A stretch of 64,000 nucleotides of DNA from Bacteroidota bacterium (GCA_022572355.1 JACZWC010000014.1:7604-71603), one strand, 5' to 3'; counted from the stretch's first letter, positions 8,723 through 18,538 are shown. Notes: generated by a model not told the origin, from the sequence alone. Program-made: numbers and translations.

Positions 8723-10102
8723 GTGCCGCGTTGCGCAAACGGGCCGGTCAAAGGAACCGAATACCATATGAGAAGGGGGATATCCTTAATAGATAGTATC
8801 GATTGGAGCGTTATTATCATGTACCTGCTGTTGGTGTTCATGGGATGGGCCAATATCTATGCAGCAATATACAATGAGGAACATAGTAGCATTTTTGATT
8901 TTACACAGAGCTATGGTAAGCAAATGATATGGATCTTGACGGCAATTGTACTTGCCATAGCCGTGCTGGCAACAGATAGGCAGTTCTTCGTGGCTTTTGG
9001 ATTTCCCATATATATATTAATGATGCTCATGTTAGTGGCAGTTTTGATATTTGGAAAGGAAATTGGAGGTTCTAAGTCATGGTTTGCATTGGGTGCCTTC
9101 AGCTTTCAACCTTCTGAGTTCGCCAAATTTGCCACATGCATGGCCATAGCGAAATATTTGAGCTTATTAAATATCAAAATATCAGATTTGAAGACGAAGT
9201 TGGTATGCCTGGCTTTAATAACCATTCCGATGGGCCTGATCTTGCTTCAGGGGGATGCCGGTTCGGCATTGGTGTATTTGTCTTTCATTTTTCTAATGTA
9301 TCGAGAGGGATTATCCGGAAATTTCTTGCTTGCAGGACTCTTCGCAATTATCTTGTTTATAGTGACCCTTGTTCTGCAGGATACATTTATCAATCTGCCA
9401 TTTGAAACAGTCGTGTCAGGCAAATCAGTATTGGTATCAGTGCTCGCACTCATAAGCAGCCTGATTCTAATTCCGTTTATCAAAAATCGATCGAATAGGG
9501 GTGGCGCCACCATGTTGCGCGATGTATCCGTAGTAATTGTAATTACCCTGTTGTTGTCGGTAGCCTTCATCTATAGTGTCGACTATGTTTTTGATGAAGT
9601 GCTCAGTGATCACCAACGTGGCAGGATCAATGAATTGTTGGCTATAAAAACAGATCCCAAAGGGACTGGATATAACGTAAACCAGTCCAAGATTGCTATA
9701 GGTTCAGGGGGATTGTTTGGCAAAGGATACTTGCAGGGCACGCAGACTAAATTCGACTTTGTCCCTGAACAAAGTACCGACTTCATCTTCTGTACAGTTG
9801 GCGAGGAATGGGGCTTCTTGGGGAGTTTTGTGGTGATCACGCTGTTTACGGTCTTCCTCATAAGAATAATAGTGATGGCAGAAAGACAGCGTTCGACCTT
9901 TAGCAGGATATTTGGTTACGGAGTGGCTTCGATAATATTCTTCCACCTGGCTGTGAACATTGGAATGACCATCGGGCTGGCGCCGGTGATAGGAATTCCG
10001 CTTCCATTCTTCAGCTACGGAGGCTCCTCGCTTTGGGGATTTACGATACTGCTGTTTGTATTTGTTAAGCTCGACGCTTACAGGCTGGATTCTTTTAGAT
10101 AA
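8723..10102 (+). CDS. rodA: Rod shape-determining protein RodA (FtsW/RodA/SpoVE family peptidoglycan polymerase)
   Basis: About 10 TM helices and the large extracytoplasmic loop with …KIAIGSGGLFGKGYLQGTQTKFDFVPEQSTDFIF…, characteristic of SEDS proteins. The true start is possibly the internal Met (MRRGISLID) near 8768. Confidence 0.85.
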   Translation: MPRCANGPVKGTEYHMRRGISLIDSIDWSVIIMYLLLVFMGWANIYAAIYNEEHSSIFDFTQSYGKQMIWILTAIVLAIAVLATDRQFFVAFGFPIYILMMLMLVAVLIFGKEIGGSKSWFALGAFSFQPSEFAKFATCMAIAKYLSLLNIKISDLKTKLVCLALITIPMGLILLQGDAGSALVYLSFIFLMYREGLSGNFLLAGLFAIILFIVTLVLQDTFINLPFETVVSGKSVLVSVLALISSLILIPFIKNRSNRGGATMLRDVSVVIVITLLLSVAFIYSVDYVFDEVLSDHQRGRINELLAIKTDPKGTGYNVNQSKIAIGSGGLFGKGYLQGTQTKFDFVPEQSTDFIFCTVGEEWGFLGSFVVITLFTVFLIRIIVMAERQRSTFSRIFGYGVASIIFFHLAVNIGMTIGLAPVIGIPLPFFSYGGSSLWGFTILLFVFVKLDAYRLDSFR

Positions 10103-10119
10103 TACTCAGGTAGGTGTTA

Positions 10120-12252
10120 CTAATAGAATTTGTAGCGGTTGTCAACAATGTTGGCGTTTTTCTTAAGTGCGTTAAATACTTCGTATTCTACTCTCGCCTG
10201 CACATTGCTTCCTAATCTGGATTGACTTGCTGTAAGGTCTTCAACTGCAGGTGCAGCGTTATATTCTTCAATCACAAATACAAATACTCCTGTATTTCCT
10301 TTTAATGGCGCCGACATAATGCCCTTCTTCGATCCATAAATTTGCCCTATAAGTTTGGGCTCTCTTCCTATTCCAGCGAGATTGAACGAGGAAAATGTAA
10401 TGTTTTGCGCAGTTTCAACCTGCAGATCAAATTCCTCGTTGTTTGCTGAAAGATTATAAGCCAGATCATCTACATTTTGATCATCATTTTCCGCAATTTT
10501 GGCTTTTACATAATTTGCCTTTTTTTCTTTGCGGGCATCTATTTCCATTTCTGTTCTGATATCTTCAAGAGTTGCGTATCCTTCCTCTTTAATAGATGTT
10601 AATACGGCTACTACAAACTTATTGCCCAATTCAAATGGTCCAGATACCATTCCGGGCTCCGCTTTATACGCCCAGCGAATCACCTCCCTTGGTGATTCAA
10701 GTCCAATAATGGCTTTGTCTCCTTCCAGAAGATCCTGTGCCTCACGATACACCTTGCCAATTTCTGTAGCAGATTTTTCGAAAGATTCCACAGATTTGTT
10801 GGACCCCGCAAATTTATTTGCTTCAGCATAAATCTTTGCAAAAGTTTTAGAACTGGGTTCAATTCTCCTATCTATGGTCCCGATTTTAACTTTTTCAATA
10901 GGTTCGGTAAGTTCCAAAATTTCGATGATGTGAATGCCAAACTGTGTTTCAACAAGCACGATGTCTCCAACTGATCCGGAAAAACATGAGTCATTGAAAG
11001 CCTTAACCATGGTTCCTTCCGCAAACCAACCCAATTCTCCACCACCTTCCTTGGACCCTGGATCATCAGATAAAGTCGTGGCCAATAAGGCAAAATCAGC
11101 GCCGTTATCCAGTAAATCCAATATGCTGTCGGCTTTTGTAATATGTGTCGTGTCATCGGAAACCTTTATGGCAACCAGAATATGCCTTGCTTTAACCGAG
11201 TCTGGCCTCATCTCAACATCTACTAGTTTAGCCAGCTTATAGGAATCTTCTTCAATATAAGGTCCTACCATTGTTGTCGAATCTGAATTCGAATCGAACA
11301 TGATGGAATCCAATTCGATAGATAACATGCCCTGCTTCACAAATACGTCAGTGAATCTTGTGTCCGCATTCATATTTACGAATGACTTTATGTCCTCAAG
11401 GCCATAAACGTCCGCAAGCTCTTCAGTTTTTCTGTTAATCCAATCTTCAATTAAAAGAGAATCGTCAGTAGAAGGAAATACGTCAAATGAGATATATTCC
11501 AGCGAGCGAGATGCTTTCTGCTCATGCTCCTTTTTATGTTCTTCATAGTATTTTTTAATATCGCTCTCTTCCAGTGTAACAATGCTATCTGGCACATCAT
11601 TATACCGCTGAACCGCATATTTTATCTTTATGCTGGAATTAAAGGCTTCATAATCGCGCTGAGCCTCTCTACGAGTAATGTACAGGCCCTTTTTTATAAG
11701 GGAAAAGTACTTTAAGGATAACTGATCTTTCTTTATCGTTTGCTCCAGTGGAATCCACTGGGCTCTTGATTTTCCGCTGGGGTCATTGTCCATGTTCTTT
11801 AAGAAACTGATCACGTCACCAGCGCTAAATGCCCCTGTTTCCGGATTGGAAAAAGCTTGTACTACAATTGGATGCGGGTTAGCACCTGTAACCAGATCGA
11901 ATATCTCATCCGGATGGACGGTAACACCAACATAGTCGTATTCGGCTCCCATTATTATTTCACTGAGCCATTGTATCCAAGTTTGATCCCTGAGAAGATC
12001 TGTAGTGGCTACGTCGATAGAAGCACTGCCCGATTGTTCTTTGTAATTTTCAATGGCATTCTGAACTTTCGAGTCAAATTCCCTTGCTGGGATAATTTCT
12101 CCAGCAACTTCCCCAATTTCAAATTGACTGGTACTCGATAATGAGCCTCCTGGCCCTAGAAAATCACCGAGAATAAAAGCCAATAACGCTGTACCCACGA
12201 AAATAGCAATGAGGAAACCACCTTTTCTCCTTATATCACCTATTATAGCCAT
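10120..12252 (-). CDS. PpiD-like periplasmic peptidyl-prolyl cis-trans isomerase (parvulin domain)
   Basis: N-terminal TM anchor (FLIAIFVGTALLAFILG). Parvulin domain ARHILVAIKVSDD…GGELGWFAEGTMVKAFNDSCFSGSVGDIVLVETQFGIHIIEI. Length and architecture match PpiD/SurA-like chaperones. Confidence 0.75.
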   Translation of the reverse strand: MAIIGDIRRKGGFLIAIFVGTALLAFILGDFLGPGGSLSSTSQFEIGEVAGEIIPAREFDSKVQNAIENYKEQSGSASIDVATTDLLRDQTWIQWLSEIIMGAEYDYVGVTVHPDEIFDLVTGANPHPIVVQAFSNPETGAFSAGDVISFLKNMDNDPSGKSRAQWIPLEQTIKKDQLSLKYFSLIKKGLYITRREAQRDYEAFNSSIKIKYAVQRYNDVPDSIVTLEESDIKKYYEEHKKEHEQKASRSLEYISFDVFPSTDDSLLIEDWINRKTEELADVYGLEDIKSFVNMNADTRFTDVFVKQGMLSIELDSIMFDSNSDSTTMVGPYIEEDSYKLAKLVDVEMRPDSVKARHILVAIKVSDDTTHITKADSILDLLDNGADFALLATTLSDDPGSKEGGGELGWFAEGTMVKAFNDSCFSGSVGDIVLVETQFGIHIIEILELTEPIEKVKIGTIDRRIEPSSKTFAKIYAEANKFAGSNKSVESFEKSATEIGKVYREAQDLLEGDKAIIGLESPREVIRWAYKAEPGMVSGPFELGNKFVVAVLTSIKEEGYATLEDIRTEMEIDARKEKKANYVKAKIAENDDQNVDDLAYNLSANNEEFDLQVETAQNITFSSFNLAGIGREPKLIGQIYGSKKGIMSAPLKGNTGVFVFVIEEYNAAPAVEDLTASQSRLGSNVQARVEYEVFNALKKNANIVDNRYKFY

Positions 12253-12330
12253 GCATTGATATTTTGAAATGGGAATGAAATCCCGTTACTGTTTTTATAG
12301 GGAGCGCGAATATACAAAAGATCAAGTTAT

Positions 12331-13599
12331 TTATGAGGGCACATCCTCGATCTTCAGAATGTGTAAATGTACTTTTTCGATTCGTGTATAACTCACTTCA
12401 GTTATATCGAATAAGAAGTTCTTTATTTTGATGATTTCATCGATATCCGGGATGTTTTCATAATGAAAGATTATCATACCAGATAAGGTCTCATATTCAT
12501 CTGAGGTAGGTAACCCAACACTGTATTTATCGTTGAGGTAGTCTATTTCAAGACGTCCGGATAGTAAGTATTCATTCGCCGAGATTTTACGCTCTAAGAG
12601 GTCCTGGTTGTCGTGTTCATCTTCAATTTCACCGAATAATTCTTCCATCACATCTTCCATAGTTACCATTCCTGCAGTACCTCCAAATTCGTCCAAAACC
12701 ACGGCAATACTTCTTTGCTCTTTTATAAATGACTTCAGCAGGTCATTAGCAGTCATCGACTCTGGAATTAAAGAAATAGGCAATAGAATCGACTTTATAC
12801 TTTTTGGTTTTTTGAACATTTCAAAAGAATGGGCATATCCAATTATATGTTCTATATCCTCTTTGTAGATAAGAATTCTGGAGAGTCCGGTTTTTATAAA
12901 GTTTTTTTGCAGCACTTCTATTGGTTCTTCAATACTCAGCGCAGTGATTTCAGTTCTTGGCACCATACAGTCTCGAATTTTGACGTTTGAAAAATCCAGC
13001 GCGTTTCGAAATATTTTCACTTCTGTTTCCTCTTGAGATTGGGTTTTACCTGTTAAACTCTCTTTCAGGTAATTATCTAAATCAATTTTGCCAAATACCG
13101 GCTTCTCATATTCGCCTTTCACGCCTATTATATGTTTGAGAAAAAAATCAGAGAGGCCAATAATTACCCACACCAGGGGATAGAGGACATAGTACACCAC
13201 AAGAGCTGGCAGGGTGAAAAGTGCTAAGATCCTGTTTGGATTTATTCGGAATAATGTTTTGGGAATGAATTCAGCCGTAATCAGAACAATGAGTGTGGCA
13301 ATTACCGTTTGGGTAATCAAGATCATGAATTCCGAAGAAAACCAGGTCATAAGACGTGGTTCCATTAATTTGGCGAGGGATATTCCATAGATTACCAATG
13401 CAATGTTATTTCCCACCAACATAGCTCCGATAAAGCGGGCGGGGTGCTTCATGAAAAATGAATAAATCCTTCCCGAAAGATCCCCTTGTTTATTGGCAAG
13501 CTCTATCCTCAACTTGCTGGATGATATAAAGGCTATTTCCATCCCCGAGAAAAAGGCTGAAAATATTAAACATATAAAGATCAGGAGCAGACTAGTCAT
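12331..13599 (-). CDS. CNNM/DUF21-CBS-CorC_HlyC family membrane protein (GldE-like)
   Basis: N-terminal DUF21 TM region (…FFSGMEIAFISSSKLRIE…), tandem CBS region, and C-terminal CorC/HlyC transporter-associated domain. This family includes gliding motility protein GldE in Flavobacteriia, but the gldE assignment is not certain. Confidence 0.75.
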   Translation of the reverse strand: MTSLLLIFICLIFSAFFSGMEIAFISSSKLRIELANKQGDLSGRIYSFFMKHPARFIGAMLVGNNIALVIYGISLAKLMEPRLMTWFSSEFMILITQTVIATLIVLITAEFIPKTLFRINPNRILALFTLPALVVYYVLYPLVWVIIGLSDFFLKHIIGVKGEYEKPVFGKIDLDNYLKESLTGKTQSQEETEVKIFRNALDFSNVKIRDCMVPRTEITALSIEEPIEVLQKNFIKTGLSRILIYKEDIEHIIGYAHSFEMFKKPKSIKSILLPISLIPESMTANDLLKSFIKEQRSIAVVLDEFGGTAGMVTMEDVMEELFGEIEDEHDNQDLLERKISANEYLLSGRLEIDYLNDKYSVGLPTSDEYETLSGMIIFHYENIPDIDEIIKIKNFLFDITEVSYTRIEKVHLHILKIEDVPS

Positions 13600-13807
13600 T
13601 TTCAGATTCGTCTTGCAATCTTTCTCGTTGTTTCCTGCGCATTCCGTACATGATTCCGGCGATCACGGTAAAAATGAAGAATAAATAACTTTCGCCTATT
13701 CCGCTTGTGATTGTTTCATAAGCTCCAAATATGATAGAAGCGATGGCAATAACCAACCAGGCGATTTCCAGGATTTTGATAATTCTTATTTCTTTAAGTG
13801 TAGCCAT
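13592..13807 (-). CDS. Small two-helix membrane protein (hypothetical)
   Basis: 71 aa with two predicted TM helices (IAWLVIAIASIIFGAY / YLFFIFTVIAGIMYG). Packed between two co-directional genes with an 8-nt overlap downstream. Confidence 0.3.
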   Translation of the reverse strand: MATLKEIRIIKILEIAWLVIAIASIIFGAYETITSGIGESYLFFIFTVIAGIMYGMRRKQRERLQDESEND

Positions 13808-13812
13808 AAAGC

Positions 13813-14352
13813 TTAGTTTTCTATGTTGATGGTTCCCTTGATTTTTTTGATTTTGAACTTAGTAAAACTCTGGTTTGATTCGAATCCTTCACCCATGATA
13901 ATTTCATCCGCAGTGGTTATTTTCACGAATTCTTCGGAATGAATTTTACCAGTTTTCTCGTCCCATATGAGGTGTTCGGTATTGAGTTGTTCGCCCAACT
14001 CATTGATTAGTATAACATTCCCTTTCGCTTCCATAATTCCTTCATCTTCATAGCTAATGGCGTAATTAGCGGTTAACCTGGAACTAACTTCCATGTCTCC
14101 GTCATAAAATTCGATCTCAACCCCTAGTGGGAATTCTATGTATGGTTTTTCGCCAATAAATCGATCTAACCGGGGAGCTATTAACTTTACTTGTAATTGA
14201 GCCGAATCACTGTAAATAAGTGTTGCATTGATAGTGGATTCTATGGGCAGCTCACTCTTAGAGGCAATAATTTTGACTCTCTCAAGGTCATTTTCGCAAG
14301 AACTGACAATGAACGAAGCAAAAAGTAAGACAAGAAGGATTTTGATGTTCAA
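13813..14352 (-). CDS. Lipoprotein, LptC-like (OstA-N fold) candidate; TTG start
   Basis: Lipoprotein signal with lipobox (LLFASFIVSSCEN). Size and pattern (…AKGNVILIN…HLIWDEKTGKIHSEEFVKITT…) resemble LptC-family periplasmic proteins. Confidence 0.35.
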   Translation of the reverse strand: MNIKILLVLLFASFIVSSCENDLERVKIIASKSELPIESTINATLIYSDSAQLQVKLIAPRLDRFIGEKPYIEFPLGVEIEFYDGDMEVSSRLTANYAISYEDEGIMEAKGNVILINELGEQLNTEHLIWDEKTGKIHSEEFVKITTADEIIMGEGFESNQSFTKFKIKKIKGTINIEN

Positions 14353-14552
14353 ACCTGTATTATTACATTCAAAAAACTTGTTTTTTTAGCAAGTTTGTGT
14401 AAATTTTGACATAACTGCGGTTAATCAGTCTGGCAACATGCAATCGGCAAAAAACAAATTGCCATTTGCAGACTGCCTATTTGTTTAAAATTCGCAAACC
14501 ATTTTTAATTGACATAAAAGACACTTTGTTTGCAGCTTTGCTGTGTTAGGCC

Positions 14553-15905
14553 TTATTGAACGCGAACAGTAGTAGTTTCATTTATCCAACACGCGACAGA
14601 ATAAGACTTCCCCTCCGTATAGTTATAAAAGAATGCGTCCTTCTTCGTAGGGAAATACTTCGACCAAGTGGCAATTTTTTTGTTTGCTTCTTCAGATATG
14701 GAGCCATCAATTGATTTGGCTCTGATGTACTTATCGACAGCCACCCAGTACACGGCGCTCTTTTCAAAATCTTCGGTGCCGCAGTCTTTTGAGCTTGCAG
14801 CGTATAAATCCCCAATTAACAGATAAGGCTTACCCCATCCTGAATGCAGCGAAGCAGCTTTTTGGGCAAATCCACGTGCAGCAGCAAACTGCTTCAAATT
14901 CCTAAAATAGTGCTTGGCCAACATGAAATAATAGTCAGCCTTTTTAAGCGGGTCTTCTTGCAATTCAATGGCTTGCTTTAAGAAAGTTGTCGCTTTGCTA
15001 AATTGTTTTTTATCTATCATCATTTTACCCATGTTGTAGGCAGAAACTGCAGAGGGCTCCAGGTTATGAAGTGTTTCGGCTATTTTAGCGAAGAGCGGGT
15101 CATCGGTGCATTCTTTCTTATTCATGAGCCATGCAGCTCTTTTGAGCCACTCTGCATCTTCTTTTTTAGATTCAAACTGTGCTGTGTAAATTTTCTTAAG
15201 GTCATCGCAATTCGCAACTGGTTCAAAAAGTATATTCACATTATCTCTGGCAATTTCGTAGAATTCACGTTTTTTAGCATATTTGTCACCCTGCAGTTTG
15301 CCTATTTGATACTCAATAATTGTGATTACAACGTCATATATCTCAATCACTTTCTCCTTTTCAATTTTTTCTGCCTCCAGCATTTTTATTGAGGATTGGA
15401 AATATCCGGTAACTGCCCCGGCTTTGGATTTTTTTGCTTCAAGCGCTACAGATTTGGCCAGTATATTATAAGATTCCTCCAGGTTATCTTTCCGATATTG
15501 CAACATGTCAACGCCCTTTAGCCCCAAGACAAATCCTTCCTGTTTATAATTCACAATCCTCTGATCATACACCATAAAAAGTGTATCTACCAGCGCAGTT
15601 TTTTTGTCGGCGTCCTTCTCTTTCCTTATTAATAGTTTGTACATCTTCGCTCCGCTGGCGTACATCTTCAAACTGGATTTCGGGCAATTGTTGAACACCC
15701 ATCTCCATCCCATCATGGCGTCGGCATAGTTCTTTTGCTTGTAAAACTCGATGTACAATGAAAGATTTTGTATACATAGAATGCTGTCTTCAGGCGTTGC
15801 GCCATATTTGCCATTTTGAGCATATGAAGTCCCATATAACAAACAAATCAGTAGCGTTAATATCACTCTCGTACGCGTTATTTTTATGTTCAAATTATCA
15901 ATCAT
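14553..15905 (-). CDS. TPR-like helical lipoprotein (hypothetical), last gene of coaX operon
   Basis: Signal peptide (RVILTLLICLLYGTSYAQ). Predicted all-alpha repeat architecture. The 8-nt overlap with the upstream OMP gene suggests translational coupling. Confidence 0.4.
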   Translation of the reverse strand: MIDNLNIKITRTRVILTLLICLLYGTSYAQNGKYGATPEDSILCIQNLSLYIEFYKQKNYADAMMGWRWVFNNCPKSSLKMYASGAKMYKLLIRKEKDADKKTALVDTLFMVYDQRIVNYKQEGFVLGLKGVDMLQYRKDNLEESYNILAKSVALEAKKSKAGAVTGYFQSSIKMLEAEKIEKEKVIEIYDVVITIIEYQIGKLQGDKYAKKREFYEIARDNVNILFEPVANCDDLKKIYTAQFESKKEDAEWLKRAAWLMNKKECTDDPLFAKIAETLHNLEPSAVSAYNMGKMMIDKKQFSKATTFLKQAIELQEDPLKKADYYFMLAKHYFRNLKQFAAARGFAQKAASLHSGWGKPYLLIGDLYAASSKDCGTEDFEKSAVYWVAVDKYIRAKSIDGSISEEANKKIATWSKYFPTKKDAFFYNYTEGKSYSVACWINETTTVRVQ

Positions 15906-17202
15906 ATTTTCTTTTTAAGAACCAAACATCATTAATAGTCAATCCGAAGAAGACACTCCAATAATTTTCCTGAATGAGATTGTCTTTGATAGTTCCTCTT
16001 CTTCCAATTTCATACGACAGGTTAATAATTGAACCAAACTTCCTCAGGGGTAATCCAATACCAAAACTTGTGCCATACTTATTTAGTCTGCTACCCTTCA
16101 TTTGCAAGTAAGTGTTTTCATAGTAAAATCCCAAGCGATAATAAACCGTTTTCAGGTAGTTGTTAGAACGGTGATCGGGATTAAATTGCACACCCATGCT
16201 GAACCTACTGCTATTAGCAAGAGAATCTTTAATATCAAATGAGCTGAAGTTTGACCAAAATCGGGTAAAGTAATCAAACCCGAATAGCCATTGCTTGCCA
16301 ATTTTAGCGCTAATTCCAATGCCAAAACTACCGGGGAGCAGTACTTCGCCAGTATCAGATAAATTTATCGTAGTATCGAGCGGAAAGATCAAAAAGGGTT
16401 CATCCAAATAGTCAATAAACGATACACCAATTGTACTGCGTTTTGAAGTAAGCTTTGTGGAAAGGTCAAAAGTTAACCCCGCTGATATGGTTAGCTTGTT
16501 TTGTAATGCCTTATTGGACAGGGAGTCAAAGGTATGGGTGTATAATAAACCATAATTGAAATGAAAAGCCCCCATTTTTTGAGTCTCGATACTGTAATAA
16601 TGGAATGTGTTAGCGTTTTCAAATATTTCTCTCCTGGATCGTTCATAGGGGCCAAACAAGTATGATGCATTGATTCCAATTGATAAACCCTTATACTGAA
16701 ATGCGTTTCCCCAATAGAACTGATTCAGGCCTCCGCTGCCAATAAAAGTGTAATCAACCTTACCTATATTAGGCAAATTTGCCCGATCCACTACCCTGTA
16801 GCTGATTTTGCTAAATGGTTTAATGCCGAAGCTACTGCCCCACCATTTTGTAATTGGAAAGCCTAAGGCAAAGTAGCTGATCGAGGTGCCGAAAGTTGTT
16901 TGACTGGTGTCCGTCAGGAGTAATTTATTTCTGAAAGTTTGGAGACCGACCTCGAATAGAAACGACTGCTGCTTAAAATAGCCATATGAGGCGGGGTTGG
17001 CTATGTTGATCGCCTTTGGATTAACCAATCCGATACCCAATCCTCCCATTGCCCGGCTCTGGGCAAATCCTTTGTCTTCAATGTCTCCTAGCCCAAACCT
17101 GGAATAAGGAGAATTAACCCCATTTTGCCCATGAACTTCCAGTTGTAATAGAAACAACAAGGATACAGCAAGATGCAGGATCCTTATATTAGCGATTGAC
17201 AT
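15898..17202 (-). CDS. Outer-membrane beta-barrel protein (putative porin family)
   Basis: Signal peptide MSIANIRILHLAVSLLFLLQLEVHGQ followed by the conserved NSPYSRFGLGD N-terminus. The remainder has beta-strand periodicity and ends in aromatic residues. Overlaps coaX by 14 nt. Confidence 0.45.
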   Translation of the reverse strand: MSIANIRILHLAVSLLFLLQLEVHGQNGVNSPYSRFGLGDIEDKGFAQSRAMGGLGIGLVNPKAINIANPASYGYFKQQSFLFEVGLQTFRNKLLLTDTSQTTFGTSISYFALGFPITKWWGSSFGIKPFSKISYRVVDRANLPNIGKVDYTFIGSGGLNQFYWGNAFQYKGLSIGINASYLFGPYERSRREIFENANTFHYYSIETQKMGAFHFNYGLLYTHTFDSLSNKALQNKLTISAGLTFDLSTKLTSKRSTIGVSFIDYLDEPFLIFPLDTTINLSDTGEVLLPGSFGIGISAKIGKQWLFGFDYFTRFWSNFSSFDIKDSLANSSRFSMGVQFNPDHRSNNYLKTVYYRLGFYYENTYLQMKGSRLNKYGTSFGIGLPLRKFGSIINLSYEIGRRGTIKDNLIQENYWSVFFGLTINDVWFLKRKYD

Positions 17203-17947
17203 TGAAATTCAATATTACATTTAGCCCGGTAAGAGCCAGGTAAGGGTCTGCAAAGATGAGATTTTTTTTGGATTGGAATACGCCCCTAAGCTCATTCTCA
17301 AAATACAGGTAATCACCACCTGTTAACACCACTTTTAAATCAGGGGTTTGATCATAATACTGGGTTATTAGTCCGGCAATTTCATTAAAAATTCCACGCA
17401 TTACTCCTGTTAAAATTGATTCACAAGTTGATCTTCCCTTCAAAGCAATCTGTTCAAGCGGTTTGTCAGCCACTATTAACGGTAATTTTTCAGTATAATT
17501 ATTCAGCGCTTTGAATCGCAAATCTTTACCGGGAGAGATGCTTCCGCCCCGGTATTCATTTTCACTGCTAATGAAGTCGAAAGTGATGCATGTACCCACA
17601 TCAACTACCAATATATTCTCATTTCTGAACCGATTATTGGCCCCAACAGAAATTGCGATGCGGTCGGCTCCGAGTGTGTCCGGTGTATCATAGGATAGAG
17701 CAATCGGTAATGGTGTTTTGCTCGTGAGTTTTGTGATTGGAATGTCTGGATAAAAAGAAGAAATATCCCTGTCTTCATTTCCAACTAAAGATATTATTAT
17801 GTGCTGAACGTCGCTAAAAGGTTTGAGAAAAGTATCCAGTATTTTCGCATCTGAATCTTTTTCAATGGCAATGTTAGCGGTTAATTTGTCGTCGACAAAA
17901 ACACCTATTTTGGAACGAGTATTTCCTATATCTGCTACCAGATTCAT
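17189..17947 (-). CDS. coaX: Type III pantothenate kinase
   Basis: N-terminal MNLVADIGNTRSKIGVF (ASKHA fold phosphate-1 motif DxGNT) and C-terminal VVLTGGD. About 250 aa, typical CoaX. Confidence 0.85.
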   Translation of the reverse strand: MNLVADIGNTRSKIGVFVDDKLTANIAIEKDSDAKILDTFLKPFSDVQHIIISLVGNEDRDISSFYPDIPITKLTSKTPLPIALSYDTPDTLGADRIAISVGANNRFRNENILVVDVGTCITFDFISSENEYRGGSISPGKDLRFKALNNYTEKLPLIVADKPLEQIALKGRSTCESILTGVMRGIFNEIAGLITQYYDQTPDLKVVLTGGDYLYFENELRGVFQSKKNLIFADPYLALTGLNVILNFNVNR

Positions 17948-18042
17948 ATTCTACGTATCATTGAAATTTTCAAAATTAACAAATAGTTGAGTAAATTCGC
18001 CGACTCTAAGAAAGAGGTGCTATACCTGCCCGCTGAAGCTTA

Positions 18043-18084
18043 AGCGTAGGCGGGGTTTAGTTGGTAGAGCACCCAATTGAAGGG
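18043..18084 (+). other. tRNA-like 5'-half remnant (acceptor/D-arm/anticodon-arm-like) directly abutting tRNA-Phe
   Basis: …GGGGTTTAGTTGGTAGAGCACCCAATTGAAGGGG… shares the D-loop GTTGGTAGAGCA and an anticodon-loop-like TTGAAG with the adjacent intact tRNA. It has no T-arm or acceptor 3' strand. Confidence 0.35.
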
Positions 18085-18157
18085 GGTACCATAGCTCAGT
18101 TGGTAGAGCAATGGACTGAAAATCCATGTGTCCCTGGTTCGATTCCAGGTGGTACCA
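18085..18157 (+). tRNA. tRNA-Phe (anticodon GAA)
   Basis: GGTACCA acceptor stem, D-loop AGCTCAGTTGGTAGAGC, anticodon stem-loop ATGGA-CTGAAAA-TCCAT (GAA at 34-36), T-arm CCTGGTTCGATTCCAGG, and 3' TGGTACC plus discriminator A. Confidence 0.9.
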
Positions 18158-18193
18158 CAAATTAGGCCTCAACATTTGTTGGGGCTTTTTAAT

Positions 18194-18484
18194 ATGGTCC
18201 ATTTCGTTTATATCATTGAGAGTAATACAGCCAATAGATTCTATATTGGTGAAAGCAAAGACCCTCAAACTCGCGTCAACATTCATAATTCACATCATTT
18301 TAGGCGAGCAAGCACAACTATTTCCTCAGATTGGAAATTATATCTTACTATTAGTTGTAGCAATAGAACAGTGGCTCGAAGAATTGAAAAACACATTAAA
18401 ATGATGAAGAGCGCTAAATATATTAGAAACCTACGCGCGTATCCAGAAATGATTGATAAACTAATTAACAGATATGACATTTGA
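18194..18484 (+). CDS. GIY-YIG nuclease family protein (small, about 96 aa)
   Basis: From the internal Met: MVHFVYIIESNTANRFYIGESKDPQTRVNIHNS… carries the GIY-YIG signature (VYII…YIGES…R…H…N). The ORF-track start at 18128 would overlap the tRNA and is rejected. Confidence 0.75.
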   Translation: MVHFVYIIESNTANRFYIGESKDPQTRVNIHNSHHFRRASTTISSDWKLYLTISCSNRTVARRIEKHIKMMKSAKYIRNLRAYPEMIDKLINRYDI

Positions 18485-18492
18485 AATTGGTG

Positions 18493-18538
18493 TCCCTGCC
18501 CCGATAGATATCGGGGCGATTCCAGGTGGTACCACTAG
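18493..18538 (+). repeat. Degenerate direct duplicate of the tRNA-Phe 3' end (T-arm to acceptor) interrupted by an 18-bp palindrome; candidate att-like site
   Basis: TGTCCCTG-[CCCCGATAGATATCGGGG]-CGATTCCAGGTGGTACCAC matches the tRNA 3' end TGTCCCTGGTTCGATTCCAGGTGGTACCAC, apart from the palindromic insert. Confidence 0.6.

Noticed and set aside
12331-14352. Possible gldD-gldE gliding-motility pair
   Set aside because: The CNNM/CorC protein fits the GldE family. The adjacent 179-aa lipoprotein lies upstream rather than downstream and reads more like LptC than GldD, so I did not call a gld operon.
18020-18286. ORF-track 88-aa ORF on the minus strand and the 18128 start of the plus-strand ORF
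   Set aside because: Both overlap the tRNA-Phe gene. The GIY-YIG gene is better started at the internal ATG at 18194.
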